A stretch of DNA of 64,000 nucleotides from Anthoceros angustus (Eukaryota; Plantae; Anthocerotophyta). The stretch covers positions 62,001-126,000 of the forward strand of contig VJWM01000196.1 of assembly GCA_010909165.1 (NCBI GenBank), read 5' to 3'. This document shows, one piece after another, positions 52,197-64,000 of the stretch (its first letter is position 1; each line of letters starts with the position of its first letter). The notes under the pieces were generated by a model. That model was not told where the DNA came from and searched no databases. It saw only the letters and a list, made by a program, of their open reading frames with translations. Position numbers and translations under genes: made by a program.

Positions 52197-53388
52197 ATGG
52201 GATGGGAGGAGGCATTTTGGGCTTTGATCACCATTCTTGTGTTTGACGCGGTAGGGAAATATGTGCTTGCATTTATTGTACGCTAGCTTCGGAGACAGGC
52301 AAAAGGCGTGTTAAAGGACCTGCCTCCAGGCACAACGAGATGGCCAATACTTGGAGAGTCCTTAGAGTACAACAAGGCCTTCCGCATAAACAAATGCTTT
52401 ATATTCTGCTATGAGCACCGCACCAAGTCAGCCATGAATAGCCTAGTGCTCTATTTCTTCTCTGTTGGCTTGCTGATCACATGTGCAAATTAAGTGAATC
52501 ACTGATTGGAAATTGTTTGATCTCTCCGTAGGTGGGGAGAGATAATTTTGACACTTTTTTGGATCTCCGGTCGTTAGAATAATGTCTCTAGAGCTACTGA
52601 AACAAGTGCTTTCCCAAGAGCATTCTCTCTCCAGGACCAACTATCCGAGCTACTGCAAGTGATTTCTGGGCCCTTATTCCCTGATCCACCTCAAGGGATA
52701 CCCACAAGCGGATGCAGTGCCTAATGTAGCCCTTCCTCCACCCAAACGAACTAAAAAGCTTCATGAGTACAATTGAGAGCTTGATCTAGACCAACTTGTT
52801 AAGTAGTATGGTTCATAGAGCTGTAAGATCACCGGAGTCCAATTTTGCTACAATCATAGCATGTGGACCTGGATTCTAGGCATGCACGCTGACCATTAGT
52901 CCACATCCTTGCAAAGTGCTTTTGATATCATCATCAAGATGATGATGAGCTAGGATGGGGAACCCCAATCGGCATAAATGTTGGAAGACTTCGATATTTG
53001 CAGGTTGGGCATGAAGAGATTCCCAGTAAATTTGCTAGATCTGTTTTTAGTGCTGCTATGAATATAGCATTATTTAGTACATCCTGCTTTAAGCTTCACT
53101 CCAAATTCTTGTCAAGAACAGTTTCTGGAGTTCATGCCAATTCTGGTCCTGCATGTCAGAGTAAGAATCGGAACTGCAAATGAAAAGCTCTGTACGGACA
53201 GGACACGAAACAGTAAGGTGGGAGCACATGGGGACTTGGTGGACACACTTCTGACAAAACACAAGGAAGTGGGAGGGCCACCCTTGAGTAGCTAGCAAGT
53301 GGCCAATTTGGTCTTCGTTATGCTCATAGCAGGTCGGAACACTTCAGCTACTACCATGGCTTTCAGCATGATGTTCCTCTTGCAGCAC
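52197..53388 (+). pseudogene. Truncated tandem paralog of the P450 (exons 1-4)
   Basis: Colinear with 48061-49290, including ~165 bp upstream and the introns; premature stops (e.g. TAG at ~52284) and frameshifts; ends abruptly after MMFLLQ. Confidence 0.9.
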
Positions 53389-53389
53389 A

Positions 53390-56066
53390 TACCAAACCAT
53401 GAAAATCAAGAAATTCACAGAGAACTCCCTGAGTTGAAGAGATGTCTGCTGAAGAAGCTCCAGCATATCGAAAACAAAGCTCACACCAAGATCCGCCTAC
53501 TGTAAAGATTTGTGGGTGCCACACTGTGGGAGGGAAAACCCCGGGGCTTCCGAGGCTTCCCCCTCTAGCGGCCACACTTATCCCACTGTCGCTTCGTACG
53601 TTGGGTTTCGTCCCATGAGACTCGTGTGAAAGTTCGAGGTCTTGTGGCGACATGCCTATGACGACACAATTTCTCGACCTTCTAAACAAGCAGGCGCCTC
53701 TACTCTCCCTCTTGGTGCACCACTTGCCTTTGCTCGAAAATCACCAATCCTCGACCTACAATGACACAACACAATTGCAGGTCCTGCCTTAGCAGCGAGG
53801 AGCCTATCACGGGCGCCCAGGGACCCCCTGATCCACACCGCAATTTCGTCCCTACTTCTAAGACCACTCTTCTCCACTCAGGAATCGCCCTTTTACTCGC
53901 AGATTTGGGATTCGTCCCTTAGGCTTTGCTTGTGGCCTTCCACCAACGTCTACACTTCTAATCCTCTACTCATCTCCTCATCCTCTCCCTCCTATTCTAA
54001 CCTCGGTTTGCGTCGGTGCTTCGCCACACTGGCTGCACAGGGTCGGCCTCCACCGCAAGTTCTTCCTTGGGCGGTTGCTATGAGTTTGACACAGACGGTG
54101 AGAACCTCCGAGTCTTTCCTGTAGTCTACCCTCAAGCCGAGTTCCACAGGCATTGCGACACACCCAAAGCAAAGCAATTTCACAGCAACCATTCACAAGG
54201 GGAGCAACTCATTTAGGCGCTTGTAGTGAGCAAGCCCTCCACCAAGCACTCCGACCACCGCGACTTCCTCTCTACCAGACGCTGCATTGGCTCACAGCCG
54301 GCACGAAATTCCTTTACAAGGGCAAAGGACTCGCGAGTATGGAAGCGCAAGAAGTGATACTTTACTTTGTGAAATCCTCCTCCTCTTATAGGAGGCCTTC
54401 CACATACAACCTCCCTTGGGTGACCCTACTGCAAGTCACCTTTTCCAATATACTATTATTTCCTACCGCTAGTATTTAAGGCCTGGCGTCTAAGTCTACT
54501 GTCTGATTCTGGGTAAATTCTATTCTAGTAACTTCACCTAAGATCATCCTTAAAGGATGTCAGTCTATCTCACCTATCCTTCCTATCCTTCCATCCAACA
54601 TTTATGGTCTTTGACCATATCTAGCCCTCGCCTTGCTGGAATGGTGACGCGTCCATTGTGGATTGGCTCTCTCGCCCTCCTTTTGCTCTTGCCTCTTCCC
54701 AGATTTTGTCACCTTCCTAACTTGTGGGGCAAGTACCAATCTGCCCCTTCTTCCTGCTCCTCGAGGTGGCGCCTTGATTCCCCAGCAATCGCGCCCCCCT
54801 CCGCGCACTCAGGCGCCCTTTCCTTCAGCCTCCGCCGCCTAGTCGCGCTCCTTCCATCAGCACACTACCGCAATAGTCTGGCAGACTACCGGGGTAGCCT
54901 GACTACCTACCATGGTAGTCTGACCCCTATCTCTCCTCTCCTTCTCCATCGGTGATGCTTCATGGGGTTGGGATCCTTTTGCTCCTTCCTTGCTGGTTGA
55001 TTTGTCCATACCTATCATGGAGCACTTTCTCCAAGGACCCTTCCCCCCTTGTCGTCCGATGGTGCCACTAACTTCTCCGGGCTCTCTTCGCATTAGACTC
55101 CTCCCTGGGGCTCTTCCCTTGTTCGTGGGGTGAGGGAATTCTTACCCCTCCCCCTTCCTCGGCGGATCTGATTCCGCCCTTAATCTCCTCCGGTGGGGTT
55201 GTCTCTCCCACCACCTCGCCTTCTTCTCCAGGGGGTACACCACCGGACCCCCCGGCTCCTTCATTCACAGCTGGGCCTCCGCGGCCCGACTCCCAGCGGG
55301 CTCAGCCACACGCCCACCCGATGCAGCGGACTACGGCGTGGTGGCCGTCCACCTGCAGTGGTCGCGGACTACCGTGGTAGGATGGTCACCTACCGTGGTA
55401 GGGTGACCCCCTCGGAGGGCGGGCTGTCCCCCCTCCTTGCTCTCCGCGCCATCCTCCACTCTTGGCGCCTCGGCCTCTCCTCCATCTCCGGCCTCCTCGG
55501 ACTCTTCGGAGTCCATATCACTTGTGGCCTCATCAAAATTGGAGGCCTCCGGCTGCACCTGTTGTAGCTCCTTCCTGTCATCATCGTGAGGACCCAATGT
55601 CCTCCTCTTGGCCAATCGTAAGACTTCATTGTTGGCCTTCAAAATCCTGTTGTGGAGATGGGCCCCCAGGTTGTGATATTGCATTTGGAGATCATCAATC
55701 TCCGCGGGCCACTCTCCATCCTCACCACCTCCATCTCTACCCTTGTAGGCGTCTCTCGCGGTGGTCAACTCCCCCACCTTCACATGGAGGGTTACATTTT
55801 CCTCCCTCACTTCTCTCAGCTGGTTGGCCATCTTTGCCTGAAGGGCATAATCCGCCCAAAATCTCCGCTTTCTCACCACCAGCATCCTATGTACCACTTT
55901 CTTGTGGTACTCCTCCCCCTGAGACCTCTTCCCCTCCGAGTCTCTTAGTTGCTGAGCAAGTCCTTCCCTCTCCGCTTGCCAAGCACTCTTCTCGCGCTCC
56001 AGCTCCTGCAATTGCTGGTCTTGAGCTCCCAACTCCGCGAGCTTCTCCTCCAAATTGTACTGGGTC
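53390..56066. mobile_element. Probable LTR-retroelement remnant with a coiled-coil ORF (55331-56053, minus strand)
   Basis: Interrupts the P450 pseudogene; LTR-like low-complexity sequence, ACTACCG(G/T)GGTAG repeats and an E/Q-rich heptad ORF; no diagnostic domain seen. Confidence 0.4.
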
Positions 56067-59000
56067 CGTTATGAAGGAACAGGGAGCAAAGATAGCCTAG
56101 CAGGACGAGTCAGAATGAATATCAATTATGTCAAAAATGTCTTTAAATACATATATCACGACTGTTCAATGTCAACCCTAATCCACATATATCTAAACAT
56201 AACCTGTCGATAAACAACCTACACATAGGCTAAGGTTTAACCCCCCGTTAACACCCCCTCTTGAACTTAGCCGCGTGCCGCAGCGCCAGCACCCTGCACG
56301 GAGACTGAGGACACCACGAGGGCCAGAAGGCGCAGCCATTCAATCATCACGCCCAGCCAGCGGTACGCTCGCTCACGCCCCTCTTCTGCAGGGGCGGGCC
56401 GATTGTGGCGTAATAAGAAGAAGGGAGGTGAAGATGGCGTTCAACATAGCCTCCACAGCAGCGGTGAGCGAGCTAATACTCTTTACGCTCACACACCTAC
56501 TCCGCCTGCTCATCATGCGGACAAGAAGCGGCAAAGAGCTCCGGGCTCCTCCTGCAAAGAGACAGAGGAGAAACAGAGCGCCAACCAGCACACCGCCCTC
56601 AGCAGCAAGCACAGACACTTCATCTTCGTCAGAGGTTGGACCTCTGAGCAGGGAGGAAGCTATCCAAGGCTGGGAGTGGGCCCATAGGCACACGGTCGGC
56701 CAGTATGTACGCCTTGGAGGCTACCATGTGGAGCTGAGCATATCACTGGTGTTTGGCAAGGTCAGAAGGAGGGATACCTGCGTCTCAACCCTCCAGACTC
56801 GTGAGCAGGAGAAGGGAGGCAGGACCTAGTCAAGCGGTGGAGAACACTATCATGCTAAGCAGCTCAAAGAGGTGGACTTTGGAAGACTAAAGGATCTGGC
56901 GAAGTCGACATGGGGCAGAGAAGATTAGGTAACCTTTACGCTTCATCCTTCTGCAGCCCGTTTCCAAATTCAGGTGGATACTTGGTTCTGAACCTGTTTC
57001 GATCACAGCGGGTTATGCGCTTGTTTATTGATCAAGTAGGCGGTGAAGTCATAGAGCCTAGGCCCTCCATGTGAGGATAGTGTTTGTATTTAGGAAGGCC
57101 CTTGGTCAAGATATCGGCGTGTTATCATACGTTGACGTAATCCACCTTAATCACACCACGTGCTACCACATCTCGTATGTAGTGGTGCTGCCGATGTGCT
57201 TAGTACGAGCATGAAAGGTAGGTTTTGCTACTAACTCCAGAGCACCTGTGTTGTCCCAGATGACCAAATCAAGGTCTAGCTTCTTGGATGCACAAAGATG
57301 GTGTTGGTCAACACCCCCTCCCCCTTCCCTTCTTCAGCCACCAAAAAGGGATCATCGGCCCCGTTTCTGGATCCTTGGTGAGACGGGATCCATTGTACAT
57401 CCACTAATCTAAGGTTGCATAGTGAAGTAGAAGAGAGGAGAAAGGCAGAGGATCAAGGTGGGGTGAGGCTGCACCTGTCCTAGATCAGCCAAGAAACTAC
57501 GTTCCCATTCTGCCTCCTTGGCAGCTTCTGTCATGGACTTGTATTCTGCCTCAGTGGAGCTCAAGGCTATGGTAGTCTGTTTTTTGCTACTCCATGTCAC
57601 TGCAGCCGAGGCGAGAGGAAAACAATACGTGAAGAGACTCCTCCTCGAGTCTGAGTCCGAACCCCAGTCTGCATCTGTAAAACCGGTAAGGGTTAGCTTG
57701 GCTTCACCACTGCATTTATACATAAGTCCATATTTCATCGTGCCCTTAAGATAGCGAAATACTCTTTTAACAATGATCCGATGGATTCTTCCGAGATTCT
57801 CAAGCGGGAGATCAGCGCATCTTGACTCTGGCCGAGTCCAATTCGCAATGAACAGGAGACTGCCAATGGCATGCCTATAGGGCACGTCTTGCATATCCTT
57901 AATTTCTTCCTTGGTCTGAGGGCACTGAGAGCGAGTGAGCTTTATACTTGTTGCATAGGGTGTGGTTCTTTGGTCTAGCACAGGTAAAACTTCTTAAGGA
58001 TCTAGTTAACATACTTGTCTTGGTGTATGAACATGATGCCCTTGTCTCGAACCCGTAGAAGCAGTATGCCCAAGCAGAACTTAAGCTCCCCAATGTCTTT
58101 CATGTCAACACCTCTTGGCATTGTTCACAACGCGGTGTTGGTCATTCGTGGCGAAGATCACATCATCTACGTACAAGGCCGGCACTATAGAAGATCCTTG
58201 GGTAAGCTTGTAAACATTTGTATACGCATTGCTTTGAACAAACTTTATGCTCGAAAATCTGTGCATAGTAATATACCACACGTGCCCACTCTACTTTAAA
58301 CCATAAATGCATTTGAGAAGCTTTAACACTTTGTGTGGGTGTACAGGGTCCTCATATGCTTCAGGCTGGAGCATGTACAGCTCCTCATCAAGAGCACCAT
58401 ACAAAAAGGCTGTGCGTCTAGACATCCATCTGCTGGAGGTCTAGGTCGTGCTCTGTGGCATAGGCAAGAAGGATTCGAATGGACTGTGTTCTCACAACAG
58501 GTGAAAACATTTCCTGGTAGTCGATTCCTTCAACTTGGGTAAATCCACGAGCAACAAGCTGTGCTTTGTAGCGTGCTACTTCGCCCTTAGCATTTAACTT
58601 GAGCTTGAACACCCACTTACGGGATATGGCCCGCCTACAGTGGAAGATCCGCTAGCTGCCATGTTTTATTTTTCACCAATGACTGATATTCGTCCTCCAC
58701 AGCGGCCTTCCATTGTTCAGATTGTGGACCAGTGAAAGCCTGAGTCAAAGTGGTTGGCTCATCAGGGAGGGAGGAAGTAACAACAAGGTGAGTGCGGAAG
58801 TCTATTGACTGATATCGAGGTTCCTTCCATTCTTCAGGAGGTGGCCTGTGTGTGGAGCGCAGGAATAGGAGCCGCTCTTCATCCATGTCCTCAGGTTACA
58901 GGCGGCGCAGGCATCATCAAGTGAAATCGTCATCTTCATGTCGATCGATTTCATCATCCTCCTTCCATTGACCTTCTTCCCCCTCTGCTGCAGAATCCGG

Positions 59001-62000
59001 GGGACTTGGAGGAAGATCAGATCCGAGGTCAGCAGCTCCGGGGAAAGGAATGACAGAGGAAGGTTGGTGGCCGGGTGGGATGGGTAGAACCAAAGGAGCA
59101 GGCTCATCAGGATAAGTATCAGTATCATCCAGAGGGTAGTCCACAGTGGATGCATGGGAGGAGGCGATAGGCGAACTCGGCGGTGATGAAGGAGCATGTG
59201 GTTCAAGAAAGGTGACACTTCTGGCAAGCACAATGGACTCCGTGTCTGGATTGAAAAGCTTGTAGGCCTTGACCGCCGGTATCCCACAAAATGAGAGCCC
59301 GCACGGTGATCTAGCTTCTTCCTTTTCTCGATGGAATATGAGCATAGGCTTTGGAACCGAAAACCTTGAGATCTAGCGGACTAGGCTTTTGCCAATACAC
59401 CTCATAGGGGGTCTTGTGAGGAATCGAACTAGTTAGAACCCCGAGGATATCATTAAGCTTGCCAATAACCCCGGCCTTTGCCCAAATCGGCATGCTTCGT
59501 GTCATCCCAAGCATATGATTTTGCGTTGACACGCTTTGGGGTATAGGGGAATGAGTTGCCTCAAGACCCCGACCTCTTGAAGGAGGTGAAGATGGCGTTC
59601 AACATAGCCTCCACAGCAGCGGTGAGCGAGCTAATACTCTTTACGCTCACACACCTACTCACTTTGCTCATCATGCGGACAAGCGGCAAAGAGCTCGGGC
59701 TCCTCACGCAAAGGCGGAGGAAAGCAGGCGCCAACCAGCACACCGCCTCGGCGGCAAACCGGACACTTCATCTTCGTCGAGGTTGGACCTCGGCGGAGGA
59801 AGCTATCAAAGTGGGAGTGGGCCCATAGGCTGCAGTCGGCGGCCCGGTATATGCCTTGGAGGCTACCATGTGGAGCTGAGCATATCACTGGTGTTTGGCA
59901 AGGTCAGAAGGAGGGATACCCGCGTCTCCAACCCTCCGACTCGTGAACAGACTGAGGAAGGGAGACAGGACCTAGTCAAGCAGCTGGAGAACACTATCAG
60001 GCTGCTAAACAGGCTCAAAGAGGTGGACTTTGACGAAGACTAAAGGATGCAGGGTCGACATGGGCTGGACAGAAGATTAGGTAACCTTTACGCTTCATCC
60101 TTCTGCAGCCCGTTTCCAAATTCAGGTGGATACTTCGGTTTACGAACCCTGTTTCGATCCTGGCAGGTTGTCTGCCGCTTGTTTATTGATCGAAGTAGGC
60201 AGTGAAGTCATAGAGCCCTAGGCCCTCCATGTGAGGATAGTGTTTGTATTTAGGAAGGCCCTTGGTCAAGATATCTGACGTGTTATCATCTGTGTTGACG
60301 TAATCCACCTTAATCACACCACGTGCTACCACATCTCGTATGTAGTGGTGCTGCACTTCGATGTGCTTAGTACGAGCATGAAAGGTAGGTTTTGCTACTA
60401 ACTCCAGAGCACCTGTGTTGTCCCAGATGACCAAATCAAGGTCTAGCTTCTTGGATGCACAAAGATGGTGTTGGTCAACACCCCTCCCCTTCCCTTCTTG
60501 ACCACCAAAAAGGGATCATCGGCCCGTTCGATCCTTGGTGAGGCAGGATCCATTGTACATCCACTAATCTAAGGTTGCATAGTGAAGTAGAAGAGAGGAG
60601 AAAGGCAGAGGATCAAGGTGGGGTGAGGCTGCACCTGTCCTAGATCAGCCAAGAAACTACGTTCCCATTCCTCCTTGGCGACACATCATGGACTTTTCCA
60701 GAAATATCGGCATGTACTAATCCAAGTACCTCTATAGCTCTATGTGCAGGTGCATTGGGAAAGGGAGATTCCTTCTGTTTCGCCAGTATGCACGACTCAC
60801 AAACAGGTAAGTGCTTGAAGCATTTAGGAAGAGGTTCTTTGTGGCATTCTGTTGTAGACATGTCAATGAGCTTTGCTCTATTTACGTGCCCTAACCTAGC
60901 GTGCCACAATATAGCCTCGGCGAGGGGGGACACCGGGGACAGAGACCAGTCGATAAGTGGAAGATGCCCGGTGCATACTATGTTTAACCCGAGTCATGCT
61001 CGAGAATCCCTTAAACACGCGTAGCCGGAGAGGACTTTCTTTAAAAGCAGTGTTTATGGTCCGCTCTCATATAGAGAATGCGTAGGCATGGTGACTCATA
61101 GACATGAGGTTCTTAGCCATGCTAGGGACGAAGAGAACATCTTCGAGTCTTAGGTCAGTGCCATCATTTAATCTGAAAATGCACGTGCCATTACCCTCTA
61201 TGCGCAAACTAGATTTGCTTTGCTCATCACCCAGAAACACTTTCAAATTGTCACTAACTGGACCTTGGTGCAGGGAGGCGAACAACTTCCTGTCCTTACA
61301 GATGTGGATAGTTGCTCCAGAGTCAAGGTACCAGCACCCAGCATCATTCAGGGAGCTCGAAAGGCAAACGGTAAGGATCTTTACTGGTGCTTTTGATTCT
61401 CCTGATTTTTCCTTAACTGCAACACTTGCAGCCGGCTTTGATTGTTTTGGGGCTCAAGGCTATGGTAGTACATTTTTGCTACTCCATGTCACTGCGGTAG
61501 GCGAGAGGAAAACAATACGTGAAGAGACTCCTCCTCGAGTCTGAGTCCGAACCCATCGCAGAAACCGGTAAGGGTTAGCTTGGCTTCACCACTGCATTTA
61601 TACATAAGTCCATATTTCATCGTGCCCTTAAGATAGCGAAATACTCTTTTAACAAGATCGATGGATTCTTCCGAGATTCTCAAGCGAGGTATCGGACATC
61701 TTGAATCTGAGTCAATTCGCAATGAGCAGCCAATGGCATGCCTATAGGGCACGTCTTGCATATCCTTAATTTCTTCCTTGGTCCGAAAACCGAGGCGAGT
61801 GAGCTTTGTACTTGTTGCATAGGGTGTGGTTGCTGGTCTAGCCTGGTCGAGGTAAAACTTCTTAAGGATCTCGTTAACATACTTGTACTGGTGTATGAAC
61901 ATGATGCCCTTGTCTCGAACCCGTAGAAGCTGTATGCCCAAGCAGAACTTAAGCTCCCCAATGTCTTTCATGTCAAACCTGCTACTGAGCTGTTCCTTAA

Positions 62001-64000
62001 CAACTGCCAGCAGCTGTTGGTCATTCGTGGCGAAGATCACATCATCTACGTACAAGGCCAGCAGCACTATAGAAGATCCTTGGGTAAGCTTGTAAACATT
62101 TGTATACGCATTGCTTTTGAACAAACTTTATACTCGAAGAAATACTGGTGCATAGTAATACCACGTGCCTCTACTTTAAACCATAAATGCATTTGAGAAG
62201 CTTTAACACTTTGTGTGGGTGTACTGGTCCTCATATGCTTCGGAGCATATACTCCTCATCAAGAGCACCATACAAAAAGGCTGTGCAGACATCCATCTGC
62301 TGGAGGTCTAGGTCGTGCTCTGTGGCATAGGCAAGAAGGATTCGAATGGACTGTGTTCTCACAACAGGTGAAAACATTTCCTGGTAGTCGATTCCTTCAA
62401 CTTGGGTAAATCCACGAGCAACAAGCTGTGCTTTGTAGCGTGCTACTTCGCCCTTAGCATTTAACTTGAGCTTGAACACCCACTTACAGGATATGGCCTT
62501 ACGCCCTGGTGGAAGATCCGCTAGCTGCCATGTTTTATTTTTCACCAATGACTGATATTCGTCCTCCACAGCGGCCTTCCATTGTTCAGATTGTGGACCA
62601 GTGAAAGCCTGAGTCAAAGTGGTTGGCTCATCAGGGAGGGAGGAAGTAACAACAAGGTGAGTGCGGAAGTCTATTGACTGATATCGAGGTTCCTTCCATT
62701 CTTGAGGTGGCACATGCGTGTGGAGCGGCAGGAATAGGAGGCCGGCTCTTCATCTCATGTCCTCAGGTTACAGGCGGCACGTCGGCATCATCAAGTAGGA
62801 AATCCTGGTCATCTTCATGCTGATCGATTTCATCATCCTCCTGTTGCTGCTCCTATTGACCTTCTTCCCCCTCTGCTGCAGAATCCGGGGGACTTGGAGG
62901 AAGATCAGATCCGAGGTCAGCAGCTCCGGGGAAAGGAATGACAGGAGGAACTGGGTTGGCTGCAACAGGGCCGGGTGGGATGGGTAGAACCAAAGGAGCA
63001 GGCTCATCAGGATAAGTATCAGTATCATCCAGAGGGTACAATGGATGCATGTCGGAGGAGGCGGTAGAAGCGCTCGACGGTGATGAAGGAGCATGTGGTT
63101 CAAGAAAGGTGACACTTCTTGCAAGCACAATGGACTCCGTGTCTGGATTGAAAAGCTTGTAGGCCTTGGACTGCTCGCTGTATCCCACAAAAATGAGAGC
63201 CTGGGCACGGTGATCTAGCTTCTTCCTTTTCTCAGATGGAATATGAGCATAGGCTTTGGAACCGAAAACCTTGAGATCTAGCAGACTAGGCTTCTTTTGC
63301 CAATACACCTCATAGGGGGTCTTGTGAGGAACTGAACTAGTTAGAACCCTGTTGAGGATATACGTGGCTGCCACAACTGCTTCGGCCCAATAACCCTGAG
63401 GTAAGCCTGCCCAAATCAGCATGCTTCGTGTCATCCCAAGCAATGTCTGATTTTTGCGTTCTGATACGCCATTCTGCTTTGGGGTATAGGGAACTGTGAG
63501 TTGCCTCAAGACCCCAGCCTCTTGAAGGAGGTCATCGAAAGATGAGTTAACGAACTCTGTCCCGTTGTCTGACCTCAATATTTTCAGTAGCCTGCCTGTT
63601 TGCCTCTGAGCTGTGGTGAGCCAGTCCTTGAAGTAGCTGAAAGTATCACTTTTAGAGTGCAGAGGAAAGGTCCATGTGTAACGACTATAATCATCCGTGA
63701 GGGTGAAAAAGTAGCGAGAACCCCCAAGGGAGGGTTCATGGACTTTTCCAGAAATATCGGCATGTACTAATCCAAGTACCTCTATAGCTCTATGTGCAGG
63801 TGCATTGGGAAAGGGAGATTCCTTCTGTTTTGCCAGTATGCACGACTCACAAACAGGTAAGTGCTTGAAGCATTTAGGAAGAGGTTCTTTGTGGCATTTT
63901 ATTATAGACATGTCAATGAGCTTTGCTCTATTTACGTGCCCTAACCTAGCGTGCCACAATATAGCCTCGCCGAGACTAATGGGACACCAAGAGACCTGTA
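56067..64000 (-). mobile_element. Rearranged/duplicated Ty1/Copia element(s) D
   Basis: 3' LTR ~56067-56253 preceded by PPT (AAGAGGGGG on the minus strand); RNase H (FTDADWG, SSTEAEY), RT (LYVDDVIF), integrase 62853-63959, protease ~61070-61340; blocks are repeated out of order. Confidence 0.9.
56434..56890 (+). CDS. Antisense 3' accessory ORF of Copia D (second copy ~59592-60043)
   Basis: MAFNIASTAAVSELILFTLTHLL..MRTRSGK..PPAKRQRR..GGYHVELSISLVFGKVRRRD lies between the pol stop and PPT on the opposite strand, in both copies. Confidence 0.55.

Overview
Eukaryotic nuclear DNA from a compact, gene-dense land-plant genome. Short (~75-150 nt) introns and ~50% GC genes suggest a bryophyte/hornwort-type genome; this is inference only. 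Layout: (1) 1-3.7 kb is AT-rich with local tandem duplications. (2) 3.7-17 kb is a dense housekeeping cluster: EMC8/9, mitoribosomal mL53, PLMT, plastid SufS/NFS2, RLF-like cytochrome b5 protein (U12-type intron), an unknown membrane protein, TOM7, intronless GCP1/TsaD and a Gly-rich TGD5-related gene. (3) 17.2-44.9 kb is a transposon nest: a 5'-truncated LINE with a 15-bp TSD, a Copia inserted in another Copia, a solo LTR, and an intron-containing IS3/IS481-type (IS3EU-like) DDE element with a full Copia inside one of its introns. (4) 45-53.4 kb holds intronless PRP4, a CYP85-clan P450 and its pseudogene. (5) 53.4-64 kb is rearranged retroelement sequence. Highlights: two related Copia elements share two accessory genes, a 5' coiled-coil/CPSC ORF before gag and a convergent antisense AT-hook ORF after pol. 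EMC8/9 appears to have captured the TOM7 bidirectional promoter, 5' leader and first 9 codons. An IS3EU-like transposon is present in a plant. Many indels in duplicated TE copies may be long-read assembly errors.
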